Shown here: one piece after another, positions 9,231 through 19,517 of the stretch | Layout: the number at the start of each line of letters is the position of its first letter | Numbering within the stretch: position 1 is the first letter of the stretch | NCBI GenBank assembly: GCA_965224085.1 | Contig: CBDCYI010000004.1 | Coordinates: 992,001 to 1,056,000 of the forward strand | Reading direction: 5' to 3' | DNA length: 64,000 nucleotides | Source: Candidatus Marinacidobacterales bacterium | Lineage (GTDB): Bacteria > Acidobacteriota > Vicinamibacteria > Marinacidobacterales > SMYC01 | Translations under genes and position numbers: made by a program | Notes under the pieces: model-generated | The model's input: the letters and a program-made list of their open reading frames with translations, nothing else | Databases searched by the model: none | Told to the model about the DNA's origin: nothing

Positions 9231-10954
9231 CTATTCGTCCGCTTCCTTGACGATGGTGACGGTCAGCGGCGATTTGAGCTGAACATAGAGCTCGGTGCCT
9301 GCGGCGAGGACGACCTCTTCACCTTTGGTCGCCATCACCGCGGCGCCACCGGCGGAGCCGCCGACCGCGCCGCCTATCGCTGCGCCTTTCTTTCCGCCCA
9401 AGAGTCCTCCGACAAAGGCTCCTATCCCCGCCGCACCGCCGAGTTTTGCCGCGTCTTTCTTTCTCGTCGTGCGAGCTTTTTGATGGTGCGGCTCGGACTC
9501 GATCGCGAGCGTCTGGCCGTCCGCGGTGACGATCCGATCGAATTCGAGAGTGAGCTCACCGGTGCCGGAGACCTTGCCGGCTTTCGCCGCACGGGCAACG
9601 TGGCCTTCGATACGGCTTCCCGAGCCGATCGCCTCGTAACCTTCGATGATGATGGGGCTCTTCAAAGTTGCCGAAAAGTCGTCTCCGGCCGCAGCCGTCT
9701 CCGACGTGAGCGCGGCGTCGAGCTCGACCGCGGCCGCGGTGCCGGCTGGAACGGTAATGTTGAGCTTCGCGTCCGCGCCGATGAGCCGCCCGAAAAATCC
9801 CACCTCTTCCACTTCGACGAGAGATGTGCCCGGAGCCGCGGAAACGTCGGAATCGGGTGGGGCATCGCTGCGCGAACCGCTGACGCTCCACAACAGGACG
9901 ACCGCGACTAGAGCGAGCGAGGCAACGGCAACGACCGGAAGGGACCGCCTGCTCGTCGAAAGCTCGGCCGCGCGTATCGTTGCGGGGGCGCTTGCGGGAC
10001 TGGGCTTCGGCGCGGAAATGGAGTGCGCGACGCCCATCGTCCCAGGTGCGGCGGCCACGGTAGGCGGTGCCGCATCGTGGCTCGGTGAGCGCAAAGCGTC
10101 GATGAGCTCTGCCCCGCTCGCGTACCTTTGAGCTCGGTCTTTGGCGAGCGCGCGTTTCAGCACCGGTTCCGCGCTCTCGGGAAGGCCGAGGCTCGAATGC
10201 TCGATCGGCGGCGGATCCTCGTTGACGATTTTGAGCAGAATGGCGGTTATTTGATCACCATGGAAAGGCCGGTGCCCGTCAGACACTCATAGGCAACGCA
10301 CGCCAAGGAGAACAAATCCGATCGGCCGTCCACTTCCTTCCCCATGGCTTGCTCGGGTGACATGTAGTTCGGCGTCCCGAGTATCGTACCGGTCGCGGTG
10401 ATCTGTCCCGATGACTCGGCTTTGGCGATGCCGAAATCCATCACTTTGACATGCCCGGACGATTCGACCATGAGGTTGGCGGGTTTGACGTCGCGATGAA
10501 CGACCTTGTTGGCGTGCGCATGGTCGAGCGCGCTTGCCGCTTGAGTGAGGATGTTCAGCGTCTCGTCGAGGCTCAGACGGCCTTTTTGCCGCAGGAGCTC
10601 GGAAAGGGTTTGGCCTTCCACCATCTCCATCACGATGAAGCTCGAATCCAAGGATTCGACGATGTCGTGCGTTGTCACGATGTTGGGGTGGCGGAGGTGC
10701 GCCGCGACCTGAGCTTCGCGAACGAAACGCTTCTTGACGTCCTCGAGCTGCTTGCCATCGGCGAAAGCGTCGAGACGTATACGCTTGATCGCGACCCTTC
10801 GCCCGAGCGTCGTGTCGTTCGCCTCGTAAACTTCCCCCATGGCGCCCGCACCGAGCTTTTTGACGATCTCGTAGCGGCTGCCAAGAACTTCGACGAGCGC
10901 GTCGCGCCCGCCGCTCGAAACCCCATCCTGATCGTTCTGGTTCGACGTGGTCAT
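9231..10954 (-). CDS. Ser/Thr protein kinase with TM and C-terminal TrbI/VirB10-like glycine-zipper domain; split by a frameshift near 10275
   Basis: LGAGAMGEVY, VAIK, HRDVKPAN, DFGIAK, GTPNYMSPE, SDLFS in 10247-10954. The kinase C-lobe continues (HRPFHGD...RYASG) in 9231-10286. The shift lies in a GGG run. Confidence 0.85.
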
Positions 10955-11227
10955 GGCATACTCCCGAGTTTTTCTTTGAGTCTACACCCCGGTTCGGCTC
11001 GGCGCGAGTGATCTGGGACGACTCTAGACAGTCTTCGCGACTTGAAAGCCATCGAGGTTTCGCGATAAGGTCCCAGCTATCCCGTCGGCCGGTTCACATC
11101 CCACGAACGCCCTCAGGGCTGACGCACTCCTAGTTTCAAAACGACAAGCCGCTAGAAGGAACTACATCCAATGTCAACGACGATTTCGTTGATTGGTCGA
11201 TAACGGCGGGCACTCCCTATTGGGAAG

Positions 11228-11254
11228 GAGGCGCTGAGGTTCCCCCAGCGCCTC
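11228..11254 (-). terminator. Hairpin after the VPS10 gene
   Basis: GAGGCGCTG / CAGCGCCTC 9-bp stem about 20 nt after the stop; U-tract is weak. Confidence 0.55.
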
Positions 11255-11274
11255 GTCGACAAAAGCGGCAACCG

Positions 11275-14200
11275 CTAACGATCTTCCGTCGCCGTCGCCC
11301 GGGTAAGGATTACCGGAGGGAGGTTCAATCCAGCAACGAGCTGGTTGAACGCCACCAAGTCACCCGCGACCACCTCGTCGAACTGCGCTTTGAGGCTCGC
11401 GAGATCGGGCTTCAAGTCATCGAACCGCTCATAGGCCCCCGCGGTCGGCTGGTAATCCGCCATCACGACGTAGCTGTAGAGCGTCGTGAGCTGGTTGTCG
11501 ATCATCGGTGGGAAGTTGATGGGATCCTGCCCCGACTTGCTCTTCACCTGCGTAATCTGTTCTTCGATCTCGGTGAGCTTTTCGTCGAGAGCTTTCGCGG
11601 CGTCTGCAATCGCCTCGTTCTCCTCGCCAGCCTTCTTCATTCGGGCAACGATCTCTTTCGACTGCGCTTTCACGTCGCGAAGATCTCCGAGCGTTCCGAA
11701 CAGCGACTCGATCGCAGCAGCAACATCCTTCGCCATCTTGCGCTGCTCTTCGAACTCGGCCACGGTCGTGCTGAGGTTCGGGTTGAGCCTCACTTCGAGC
11801 AGGCGCGTCTCGGTCCATTCGGAAGCGCTCAAACGCACCTGGAACGTACCCGGCACCACTTGCATGCCTGGCGTTCCGCCCCAATGGACGACGCCTTTAG
11901 GCATCTCGGGACCTTTTTCCCGAAGACTCCAATTGAAGCGATTGAGTCCCTTCTTCACCGGAAGACGCGTGTTCCTGCCGCCGAACAATCGCGCAGAGAA
12001 ACCTCCTCCTCCTTCCGGAGCCGTGTCGCCGGTTTTACCCTTGAACGTCTGGATGACATTGTCACCGCTATCGAGCACTTCGAGCGTGAGCTCTTCTTCA
12101 TTTTCTGGGGGCGCGTCCTTCAAGTAGTAGTCGATAGTCGCGGCCCCGAGGGATCTCCCGCGATAAGCTGTGCGTGGCGCATAGAGCCACATGTCAGCCG
12201 ATTCGACCTCGTCCGTGACTTGGTGGAGCGGGGTCACGTTGTCGAGCACCCAGAACGAGCGACCTTGTGTCGCGACGACCAGGTCTTTCCGGTGAACCCG
12301 AAGATCGGTCACGGGTGTCACGGGTAAGTTGAGCTGGAAGCGCTGCCAATGCGCGCCGTCATCGACCGAGAGATACAAGCCGACCTCGGTCCCGGCGTAG
12401 AGCAGGCCTTTCCGATCGGGATCCTCGCGTATTGCGCGCGTGAAGTGCGTGCTCGGGATCCCGTTGGTGCCATCGGTCAGCAGATCCCAGTTCTTCCCGT
12501 AGTCGTTCGTTCGGAAGATGTAGGGATTAAAATCGTCTTCTCGGTAACGATAGACTGCGATGAAGGCACGCCCAGGCGCATGAGCCGAGAGCTCGACGAC
12601 GTTGACGGTGCCGCCTTCCGGCATCCCGTCCGGCGTGATCTCTTCCCAGCTCCCCCCGCGGTCGCGCGAGATGTGCACGCGACCATCATCCGAGCCTGCC
12701 CAGAGCTCGCCCGGCGTATGGGGCGACTCTTCGAGCGCGAAGACGGTGTTGTAGACTTCGACACCCGTGCTGTCATGAGTGATCGGGCCGCCCGCATAGT
12801 CTTGGTGCTCGGGATTGTTCGACGTCAGATCGGGGCTGATGACGCTCCAGCTCTGGCCGTGATCGCGCGACATGTGGACGACCTGTGAGGCGTGATACAG
12901 GATGTCCGGATCGTGCGGCGACAGCCGGATGGGCGCGTTCCACTGGAAACGGTACGACAGGTCGCGCGCCGCCGCTCCCAGCTGCAGCTGGGGGTAAGCG
13001 AGAATCTGGCGGTGCTCTCCCGTCTTGCGGTTGACTCTCGAAATGCTGCCGCCGTAGCAGCCCGCATAGATAATGTCGGGGTCGCGGGGGTCCACGGCAA
13101 TGTGGCCGCTCTCACACCCGCCGACGGAGTACCAATCGGGAACGACTTGACCGAAGCTGGTAGCGCCGCGGCTCGGGACGGAGATCGTGCTGTTGTCTTG
13201 TTGCGAGCCATAGATGCGGTAGGGCCACTGGTCGTCGACGAAGACACGGTAGATCTCGGACGTCTCTTGATTCCGCTGCGTCGACCACGAGCCACCGCCG
13301 TCGAAGGATACGTTCGCGCCGCCGTCATTGGCGTTAATAATGTTCATTGGGTTGTCGGGATTGAGCCACAGATCGTGGTTGTCACCGTGCGGGACGCGGA
13401 TGCGCTGGTCGAAAGTCTTGCCGCCGTCGATCGATTTGTAAAAGGCGGTGTTCAACGCATAGACCGTGTTCTCATCCTTCGGGTCGGCGTAGATGTGGAT
13501 GTAGTACCACGGACGCTGGCGGAGGTTCGCCTCGCCGTTGATACGAGTCCAGCTATCACCCCCATCGTCCGAGCGGTAGACGCCGCCTTTCTCACCTTCG
13601 GCCTCGAGAAGGACCCAAACGCGGTCTGAGTTCGCGGGCGACACGGCAACGCTCGTTTTGCCGACCATACCTTCGGGAAGCCCGCCCTCGAGACGGTCCC
13701 AGGTGTCGCCGCCATCGGTCGAGCGATAGATGCCACCGGCCTCGCTTCCCGAGATCAACGACCACGGCTTGCGCTCGGCGGCCCAGGCACCCGCGTAGAG
13801 AATGCGCGGGTTGTTGGCGTCCATCGAGAGATCGACGACGCCTGTCCGCTCGTCGATAAAGAGGACCTTTTCCCAAGTCTCGCCGCCATCGGTGGAGCGG
13901 AAGACGCCCCGCTCTTCGTTGGGGCCGAAAATATGCCCGAGCGCAGCGACGTAGACATGATCGGGGTCGTCCGGGTGGACGCGGATCTTGCCAACTTGTC
14001 CTGCGTCGCGAAGGCCGATGTGCTTCCATGTCTTCCCTGCATCCGTCGAGCGGTAAACGCCGTCACCCGCGGAGATATTGCCTCGAGGACAGGCCGATCC
14101 CGTCCCCACATAGACGACGTTCGGATCCGACGGAGCGACCGCGATAGCACCCACCGAGCCCACGCCGAGAAATCCATCCGTCACGTTGGTCCAGTTGTTG

Positions 14201-14457
14201 CCGGCGTCAGACGTTTTGAAAACTCCGCCTCCTGTGCCGCCAAAATAGTATACGAGCGGCTGTCCGGAAACCCCCGTCGCCGCGGTCGATCGTCCACCGC
14301 GGGAAAAACCAATCGCTCGGAACTCCATCCCTTCGAAAAGCGCGTGGTCCACTTGGACGTTCTCCGCGTTTTCTTCGTAATCGTGATAACTACCCTGCGC
14401 TGCGGAGAGCGCCGCGCTTGCGGGCGCGCAAAGCATTAGAAAAACCAATCGTTTCAT
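11275..14457 (-). CDS. Secreted VPS10/sortilin-like BNR-repeat glycosyl-hydrolase-like protein
   Basis: Signal peptide; many S.DGG.TW Asp-boxes; RFQWNAP; ATQGRSFW; helical C-terminus. Confidence 0.88.
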   Translation of the reverse strand: MKRLVFLMLCAPASAALSAAQGSYHDYEENAENVQVDHALFEGMEFRAIGFSRGGRSTAATGVSGQPLVYYFGGTGGGVFKTSDAGNNWTNVTDGFLGVGSVGAIAVAPSDPNVVYVGTGSACPRGNISAGDGVYRSTDAGKTWKHIGLRDAGQVGKIRVHPDDPDHVYVAALGHIFGPNEERGVFRSTDGGETWEKVLFIDERTGVVDLSMDANNPRILYAGAWAAERKPWSLISGSEAGGIYRSTDGGDTWDRLEGGLPEGMVGKTSVAVSPANSDRVWVLLEAEGEKGGVYRSDDGGDSWTRINGEANLRQRPWYYIHIYADPKDENTVYALNTAFYKSIDGGKTFDQRIRVPHGDNHDLWLNPDNPMNIINANDGGANVSFDGGGSWSTQRNQETSEIYRVFVDDQWPYRIYGSQQDNSTISVPSRGATSFGQVVPDWYSVGGCESGHIAVDPRDPDIIYAGCYGGSISRVNRKTGEHRQILAYPQLQLGAAARDLSYRFQWNAPIRLSPHDPDILYHASQVVHMSRDHGQSWSVISPDLTSNNPEHQDYAGGPITHDSTGVEVYNTVFALEESPHTPGELWAGSDDGRVHISRDRGGSWEEITPDGMPEGGTVNVVELSAHAPGRAFIAVYRYREDDFNPYIFRTNDYGKNWDLLTDGTNGIPSTHFTRAIREDPDRKGLLYAGTEVGLYLSVDDGAHWQRFQLNLPVTPVTDLRVHRKDLVVATQGRSFWVLDNVTPLHQVTDEVESADMWLYAPRTAYRGRSLGAATIDYYLKDAPPENEEELTLEVLDSGDNVIQTFKGKTGDTAPEGGGGFSARLFGGRNTRLPVKKGLNRFNWSLREKGPEMPKGVVHWGGTPGMQVVPGTFQVRLSASEWTETRLLEVRLNPNLSTTVAEFEEQRKMAKDVAAAIESLFGTLGDLRDVKAQSKEIVARMKKAGEENEAIADAAKALDEKLTEIEEQITQVKSKSGQDPINFPPMIDNQLTTLYSYVVMADYQPTAGAYERFDDLKPDLASLKAQFDEVVAGDLVAFNQLVAGLNLPPVILTRATATEDR

Positions 14458-14505
14458 ATCGAACTCTCCATTCCCATCGGTCCCCTCGGCCAGCCGAAGT
14501 CTATT

Positions 14506-14982
14506 TCACGGTGAGAAGCGTAGCAATGACGTCACCGGCCCGCCGGTACCGGTGACGACGATATAGAGGCGGTCATACTCGTCGTCTTCTATGTCCGTAC
14601 CGGGCTCGCCGTCAATGAGACCGATGAGGTCGGGCGTCGTGTTGCTGTGGCCGACGACCAGGATGCGGCCTTCTGCCGCGCGGAGCTTGATCGCGAGGGC
14701 CTCGAGATCCCGCGGATCATACAGTTTGATGGAAAGACCGCGCGCTTCCGCGAGCGGGCGTGCCGTCTCCCGCGTCCGGATGTAGTCCGAGCTGTAAATC
14801 GTGTCGATTTGCATGTCTTTGAGAAGCGCCGCGAGCACCTCGGCACGCGCTCGGCCAGTCCCCGAAAGCTCCGGATCGCAGCTGTCGTCCACTTTTTCAG
14901 CGTGGCGCACGAGCACGTTGTCGAGCGTGACGGCGGTGGACGCGAGTGTCAGCCAGGCGAACAGAATCCGTGCGCATCTCAT
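14506..14982 (-). CDS. Histidine phosphatase (phosphoglycerate mutase/SixA-like)
   Basis: VRHAEK, SS.YIRTRETA, VGHSNT. Confidence 0.85.
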   Translation of the reverse strand: MRCARILFAWLTLASTAVTLDNVLVRHAEKVDDSCDPELSGTGRARAEVLAALLKDMQIDTIYSSDYIRTRETARPLAEARGLSIKLYDPRDLEALAIKLRAAEGRILVVGHSNTTPDLIGLIDGEPGTDIEDDEYDRLYIVVTGTGGPVTSLLRFSP

Positions 14983-15020
14983 CGTTTGACTCCTTGTTTC
15001 AGCGGGGCTCTAGAATGTTT

Positions 15021-15956
15021 TCATGACGTATCGAATGGAAAGCTCAGAACATCGCGAATCGACGCCGCGCTCGCGGCGATCATGACGAGACGATCGAAGC
15101 CGAGCGCCACGCCGGCGCTTTTCGGGAGGCCAGCGTCGAGCGCATCGAGAAACGCTTCGTCCACGCGCACCGCCGTGAGACCCAAGGCCTCGCGCCGTTT
15201 TCGGTCGTCCTCGAAGCGGGCGCGCTGCTCACGGGGGTCCGTGAGCTCGTGATATCCGTTCGCAAGTTCCATTCCGCGGTAGTAGAGCTCGAATCGCTCA
15301 GCAATGGGGGGCGCATCGGCACGGAGGCGCGAGAGCGCTTTCAAACAAACCGGGTAGTCGTAGACGAAAAACGGCCGTTCCCGGCCGAGCTGCGGCTCTA
15401 TCACCCTCGCCATCAGCAAATTGAGCCAATCGTCCACCTCGAGCTCGGATGCGGCAGAAGGTGCCTCCCCGACTGCCGTTGCCGCGCGCTCGAGCGCGTT
15501 CCGATCCGCCGTGTGAGGATCGAGCCCAATGTGGCGTAGGAAAAGAGCCCTATAAGTTTCGCGTTCCGCAGTCTCGGCTTCGAGTACTTCCTGAAGTAAA
15601 AGGTCCACTTCATCCATCAACGCGTGATGGTCGTATTCGGGCCGGTACCACTCGATCATGGTGAACTCGGGGTTGTGTCGCGTGCCCCATTCGCCCGCAC
15701 GAAAGGCTTTGGAGATCTGGAAGATAGGTCCTGAGCCCGCGGCAAGGAGACGCTTCATCGCGAGCTCGGGTGACGTTTGCAGATAGAGATCTCCACTTCG
15801 AAGGCTCTCGATAAAGGGGTCCGTGACCGACCCGTGCCCCAAGATCGGGGTCTCGATTTCGAGAACGCCGCGCGCTTCGAAAAAGCTCCTGATCCGTGCA
15901 AGGAGACTCGCCCTCAAACGCAAAACCTCGAACGAAGCTTTGGGCTTCCAGGTCAT
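15021..15956 (-). CDS. epmA: EF-P lysine aminoacylase EpmA (GenX/PoxA)
   Basis: LQTSPE.AMKRLL, HNPEFTMIEWY, ERFELY..G.ELANG, GVALGFDRL; no anticodon domain; adjacent to efp. Confidence 0.93.
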   Translation of the reverse strand: MTWKPKASFEVLRLRASLLARIRSFFEARGVLEIETPILGHGSVTDPFIESLRSGDLYLQTSPELAMKRLLAAGSGPIFQISKAFRAGEWGTRHNPEFTMIEWYRPEYDHHALMDEVDLLLQEVLEAETAERETYRALFLRHIGLDPHTADRNALERAATAVGEAPSAASELEVDDWLNLLMARVIEPQLGRERPFFVYDYPVCLKALSRLRADAPPIAERFELYYRGMELANGYHELTDPREQRARFEDDRKRREALGLTAVRVDEAFLDALDAGLPKSAGVALGFDRLVMIAASAASIRDVLSFPFDTS

Positions 15957-16004
15957 CTCATAAGAACACTCGATCCCGGCGAGCGTCGGCGCCGGCTAAT
16001 TCCG

Positions 16005-16577
16005 CTAGTCTTTCACGCGCCCGACGTACTCGCCGGTTCGGGTGTCGAGCTTGAGCTTTTCGCCCTGTTGAACGAAGAGCGGCACGCGCACGACGGTGCC
16101 GGTCTCGAGCTTCGCGGTCTTGCCGCCCGTCCCGGCCGTGTCCCCGCGGATTCCAGGCTCCGTCTCGACGACTTCGAGCTCAACGAACATCGGCGCGGTG
16201 ACCTGGATGATTAGGTTGTTGTAGAGAGTCACGGAGCACTGCGCTTCTTCCTTCAGCCACTTCGCGGCGTCCCCTACGGCGGCCGCGTCCGCCTGATACT
16301 GCTCATAGCTGTCCGGGTCCATATAGTACCAAAACGCGCCGTCGCTATAGAGGTATTGCATCTCGGTCTCGACGACGTCCGCGCCCTCGATGTTCTCTCC
16401 CGATTTCACGGTCTTCTCCAGCATGCGGCCGGTTTTGAGGTTCCGGTATTTCACGCGCGTGAATGCCTGGCCTTTGCCAGGCTTCACGAGGTCCAAATCG
16501 ACGACCACGCAAGGCGCGTCGTCCACAAGAATCTTGAGCCCCGTGCGGAGCTGGTTGATGCCGTAGGTCTCTGCCAT
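16005..16577 (-). CDS. efp: Elongation factor P
   Basis: [36 protein letters not shown]. Confidence 0.97.
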   Translation of the reverse strand: MAETYGINQLRTGLKILVDDAPCVVVDLDLVKPGKGQAFTRVKYRNLKTGRMLEKTVKSGENIEGADVVETEMQYLYSDGAFWYYMDPDSYEQYQADAAAVGDAAKWLKEEAQCSVTLYNNLIIQVTAPMFVELEVVETEPGIRGDTAGTGGKTAKLETGTVVRVPLFVQQGEKLKLDTRTGEYVGRVKD

Positions 16578-16796
16578 GTTCTCTTCGAAAGCTCCTTCGT
16601 TGCCCGCGCCATATTAGCGCCGTTCGGGCAGAAGCTCCACTGTGTCTTCGTGATTCGCTGTTGCTTCCGGCTGCCGTCTATCGGCTTCTCCGCGATGACG
16701 CTGTTATTGCCGTTGAGCTCGTTTCGGCGACTCGGAACTTGCGGGGTAGGGCACGCGCCGTTCGAGTTTGACGCGAGCGGCGCGGCGTGGTCAGGG

Positions 16797-17009
16797 TTAT
16801 GCGGGAGAGCGGCGTGAGCGGCGCAGCCCGATAGCTTGCATGACGCCGACGACGGCGACGATGTCGGCGGCGATTGCGACCGCCCATTTTGCCGAAGTCG
16901 TGATCTCCCCGGGAGACGCGAGAAGCAAGGCGCTCCCGCACACCCAAAGCGCATCGAGCGCGATGACACTGTATCGGTTGATGCGGAAGTTCTCTTTGCC
17001 GTAATTCAC
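16797..17009 (-). pseudogene. C-terminal fragment of a small membrane protein
   Basis: Two hydrophobic helices (VIALDALWVCGS..., AIAADIVAVVGVMQ.IGLRR) with no plausible N-terminus. Confidence 0.4.
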
Positions 17010-17079
17010 CGGTGCGCATGGTTGCCTGCCACCCTCGCTCCTCTTGACATTCTACAGGTCGATCGAGTACATCTATGGA

Positions 17080-17424
17080 ATGGCTAGAGTTAAGAGTAAA
17101 GATAAGAGCGACCTGCTTCAGGGGACGCTGGATATGTTGATCCTCAAGACGCTCTCGCTCGAGCACATGCATGGATGGGGTATCTCGCAGCGGATTCATC
17201 AGATCTCGAGGGACGTGCTGCAGGTCAACCAAGGCTCGCTTTATCCCGCGCTGCATCGGTTGGAGCGCCAAGGGTGGATTCGGTCGAGTTGGGGGGCTTC
17301 GGAGAACAATCGACGCGCGAAGTTCTACGAGCTGACCGCGGCGGGACAAAAACAGCTCCGCGAAGAGACCGAGAACTGGGAACGCCTCTCCGGCGCCGTG
17401 ATACGCATATTGCAAACCTCGTAG
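17080..17424 (+). CDS. Acidobacterial PadR-family regulator
   Basis: LLQGTLDMLILKTL...HGWGIS.RI...QGSLYPALHRLE..GWI...WG.SENNRRAKFY.LT. Confidence 0.95.
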   Translation: MARVKSKDKSDLLQGTLDMLILKTLSLEHMHGWGISQRIHQISRDVLQVNQGSLYPALHRLERQGWIRSSWGASENNRRAKFYELTAAGQKQLREETENWERLSGAVIRILQTS

Positions 17425-17428
17425 CGCC

Positions 17429-18244
17429 ATGTGGGACGGAGTCATCGGCCGGCTGAGATCTCTCTTCGAACGCGATCGCTTCGAGAAAGAGCTCGACGAG
17501 GAGCTGCTCTTCCATTTAGAGATGGAGACGCGGAAGAATATCGAGCTCGGTATGTCTTCGCGCAATGCGCGTGATATGGCGCGACGCACCTTCGGTGGGT
17601 TCGCGCAAACGAAAGAGGACGTACGGCGACTTCGCGGGCTCGAGGTCATCGATACGATTTCCCAGGACGCGCGCTACGCCTGGCGCTCTCTCTCGAACCG
17701 GGCGGTTTCACGACTGCCATCGTCCTGACACTCGCGCTCGGGATCGGCGCGAACACAGGAGCTTGTCGAGGCCGTCTATGCCGTCGACGAGGACCAAGCC
17801 GTCGCGGACATCCAAACGCTCGAACAGGCGCGGCGCGAATCGCTCGCACCGCCGCGGCTGACAACAACGCTTCTGTCGCTTCTCGCTGCGCTCGCCCTGT
17901 GTATCACCGCCGCCGGCGTGAGCGGCGTGCTCGCTTTGAGCGTGAACCAGAGGACGAACGAGATCGGGATCCGCATGGTGCTCGGCGCCAGCCCTTCGGG
18001 CGTCGCCCGCAGCGTGTTGCTCGAAGGATTGAAGCTGGTCGCTCTCGGCCTCGCCATCGGGATCGTCGGATCCGCGGCTTTTAGCGGCTTGATGACGCGA
18101 CATCTCTTTGAGGTTGAGCCGACCGATCCGATTACTTTCGTCACGGTCTCGCTCGTGCTCCTCGCCGTCGCGGCGCTTGCTTGTTGGCTCCCAGCGCGTC
18201 GGGCGACGAGCATCGATCCGCTCGAAGCCCTCCGTCCGGAGTAG
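17429..18244 (+). pseudogene. ADOP-family ABC permease with frameshift and large internal deletion
   Basis: Prefix domain ELDEEL.FHLEM...ARRTFGG...QDARYA, then LALGIGANT joined at about 17756 directly to the C-terminal FtsX part (QRTNEIGIRMVLGA...PARRATSIDP.EALR). About 800 bp, far shorter than a full-length ADOP gene. Confidence 0.85.
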
Positions 18245-18247
18245 CGC

Positions 18248-19264
18248 TCAAAACGATACCCACGCGAGCTTCAAAGGCGGCTTTCCGTCGACCGACGGAA
18301 AATCTTCTTCCGGCTCGAAGAGCTCGAGTGACGCAAAAGGACGACCGTGCTTCTCCGCGGTCCGGCGCAGGATCGCGACCCAGTCCTCTCGACCGACTCG
18401 CGGCGCGTTGTGGGTCAAAAGAAGGCTTCCCCCCGGAGCCGTGGCGAGAAGCGCCGGCTTCAGAAGACTCGGGTAGTCGCGCACGATGTCGATGGCACCG
18501 AACGGCCCTTTGGCCCAGCGCGGCGGATCGAGAACGACGAGATCGAAGCTCCGTGGCTCGAAGCTCTGAAAGGCGCGCTTTTGGGCGCCGCGGCCTTTCA
18601 CTTGAAGCCCGGCGAGCTGGCGCAGCACCGGCACGACGTCTTCTCGAACCATATGGACGCGGTCCCCACCGAAACCATTCAACGCGAGATTCTTTTCAGC
18701 CCAGGCGAGCGACGAACGCGCAAAATCCACGTTCCAAACCTCATCGGCGCCGCCGGCAAGAGCACAAAGCCCGACTCCGCCGGTATAGGCGAAGAGATTG
18801 AGAACGCTTTTCCCTCGGGCGTGCTCGCGCACGCGCCGACGCCCCGCACGCAGGTCGAGGAACAAGAGCGGATCTTGTCCGCGATGGCGCGGCGTCACGT
18901 GATAGCGCAAGCCGAGCTCACCCCCGATGGGCTCGACGACGGGCTCAGCGCCTTCGTAGGGAAGCTGGGCTCCGCGGTTACGACCACGATGGTTCCAGAC
19001 CAGCGTGACGTCCAGGCCGCATTGCTCTCGAACCATTCGGCCAAAATGCTCGACGTCCTCGGGCGTGAGCGGCTCGCGCCACGTCTGCAGCAAGAGAACG
19101 GGCCCGTAGCGATCGATGGTGAGGCCGGGGCGTCCTTCGGCCACGCCGTGAAACAGTCGATAGCAGTCGGTCCCCTCCGCGTGCAGCTGCTCGAGCAGGG
19201 CGCGGCGCCTCTCGATCGCTCCGATAAGAAGTTCTTCGAAAGAAGCGTCTATGAGCTCGGGCAC
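18248..19264 (-). CDS. Class I SAM-dependent rRNA methyltransferase (RlmI/RlmK-like)
   Basis: YRLFHG..EG.PGLTIDRYG; FLDLR; VLNLFAYTGG; FDLVVLDPP. Confidence 0.85.
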   Translation of the reverse strand: MPELIDASFEELLIGAIERRRALLEQLHAEGTDCYRLFHGVAEGRPGLTIDRYGPVLLLQTWREPLTPEDVEHFGRMVREQCGLDVTLVWNHRGRNRGAQLPYEGAEPVVEPIGGELGLRYHVTPRHRGQDPLLFLDLRAGRRRVREHARGKSVLNLFAYTGGVGLCALAGGADEVWNVDFARSSLAWAEKNLALNGFGGDRVHMVREDVVPVLRQLAGLQVKGRGAQKRAFQSFEPRSFDLVVLDPPRWAKGPFGAIDIVRDYPSLLKPALLATAPGGSLLLTHNAPRVGREDWVAILRRTAEKHGRPFASLELFEPEEDFPSVDGKPPLKLAWVSF

Positions 19265-19517
19265 AGATTTAGGTGCCGGCCCAGTCGGGAGGATATGGGA
19301 CCGCGGTGACTTGATAGGCGATACCGTTCGTCTCAGCCAAGGTGATGCACAAAATCCGCGTCGTCATCGCTCCAGACCGGACCGAGCACGCGCGCCGACA
19401 ACTGGAAGTCGGCGCGCGCTGTGGACGGCGCGGCCGTCGGGGCGATGGGTGAATTCGAGTTGCCGCACGCCGCCACCCAGGCGAGAATGCTCAAAAGCGA
19501 GGGCAAAGGCATAGGAA

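Noticed and set aside
19333-19512. Short lipoprotein-like ORF (MPLPSLL...AAC)
   Set aside because: Too short and apparently truncated; no family recognisable
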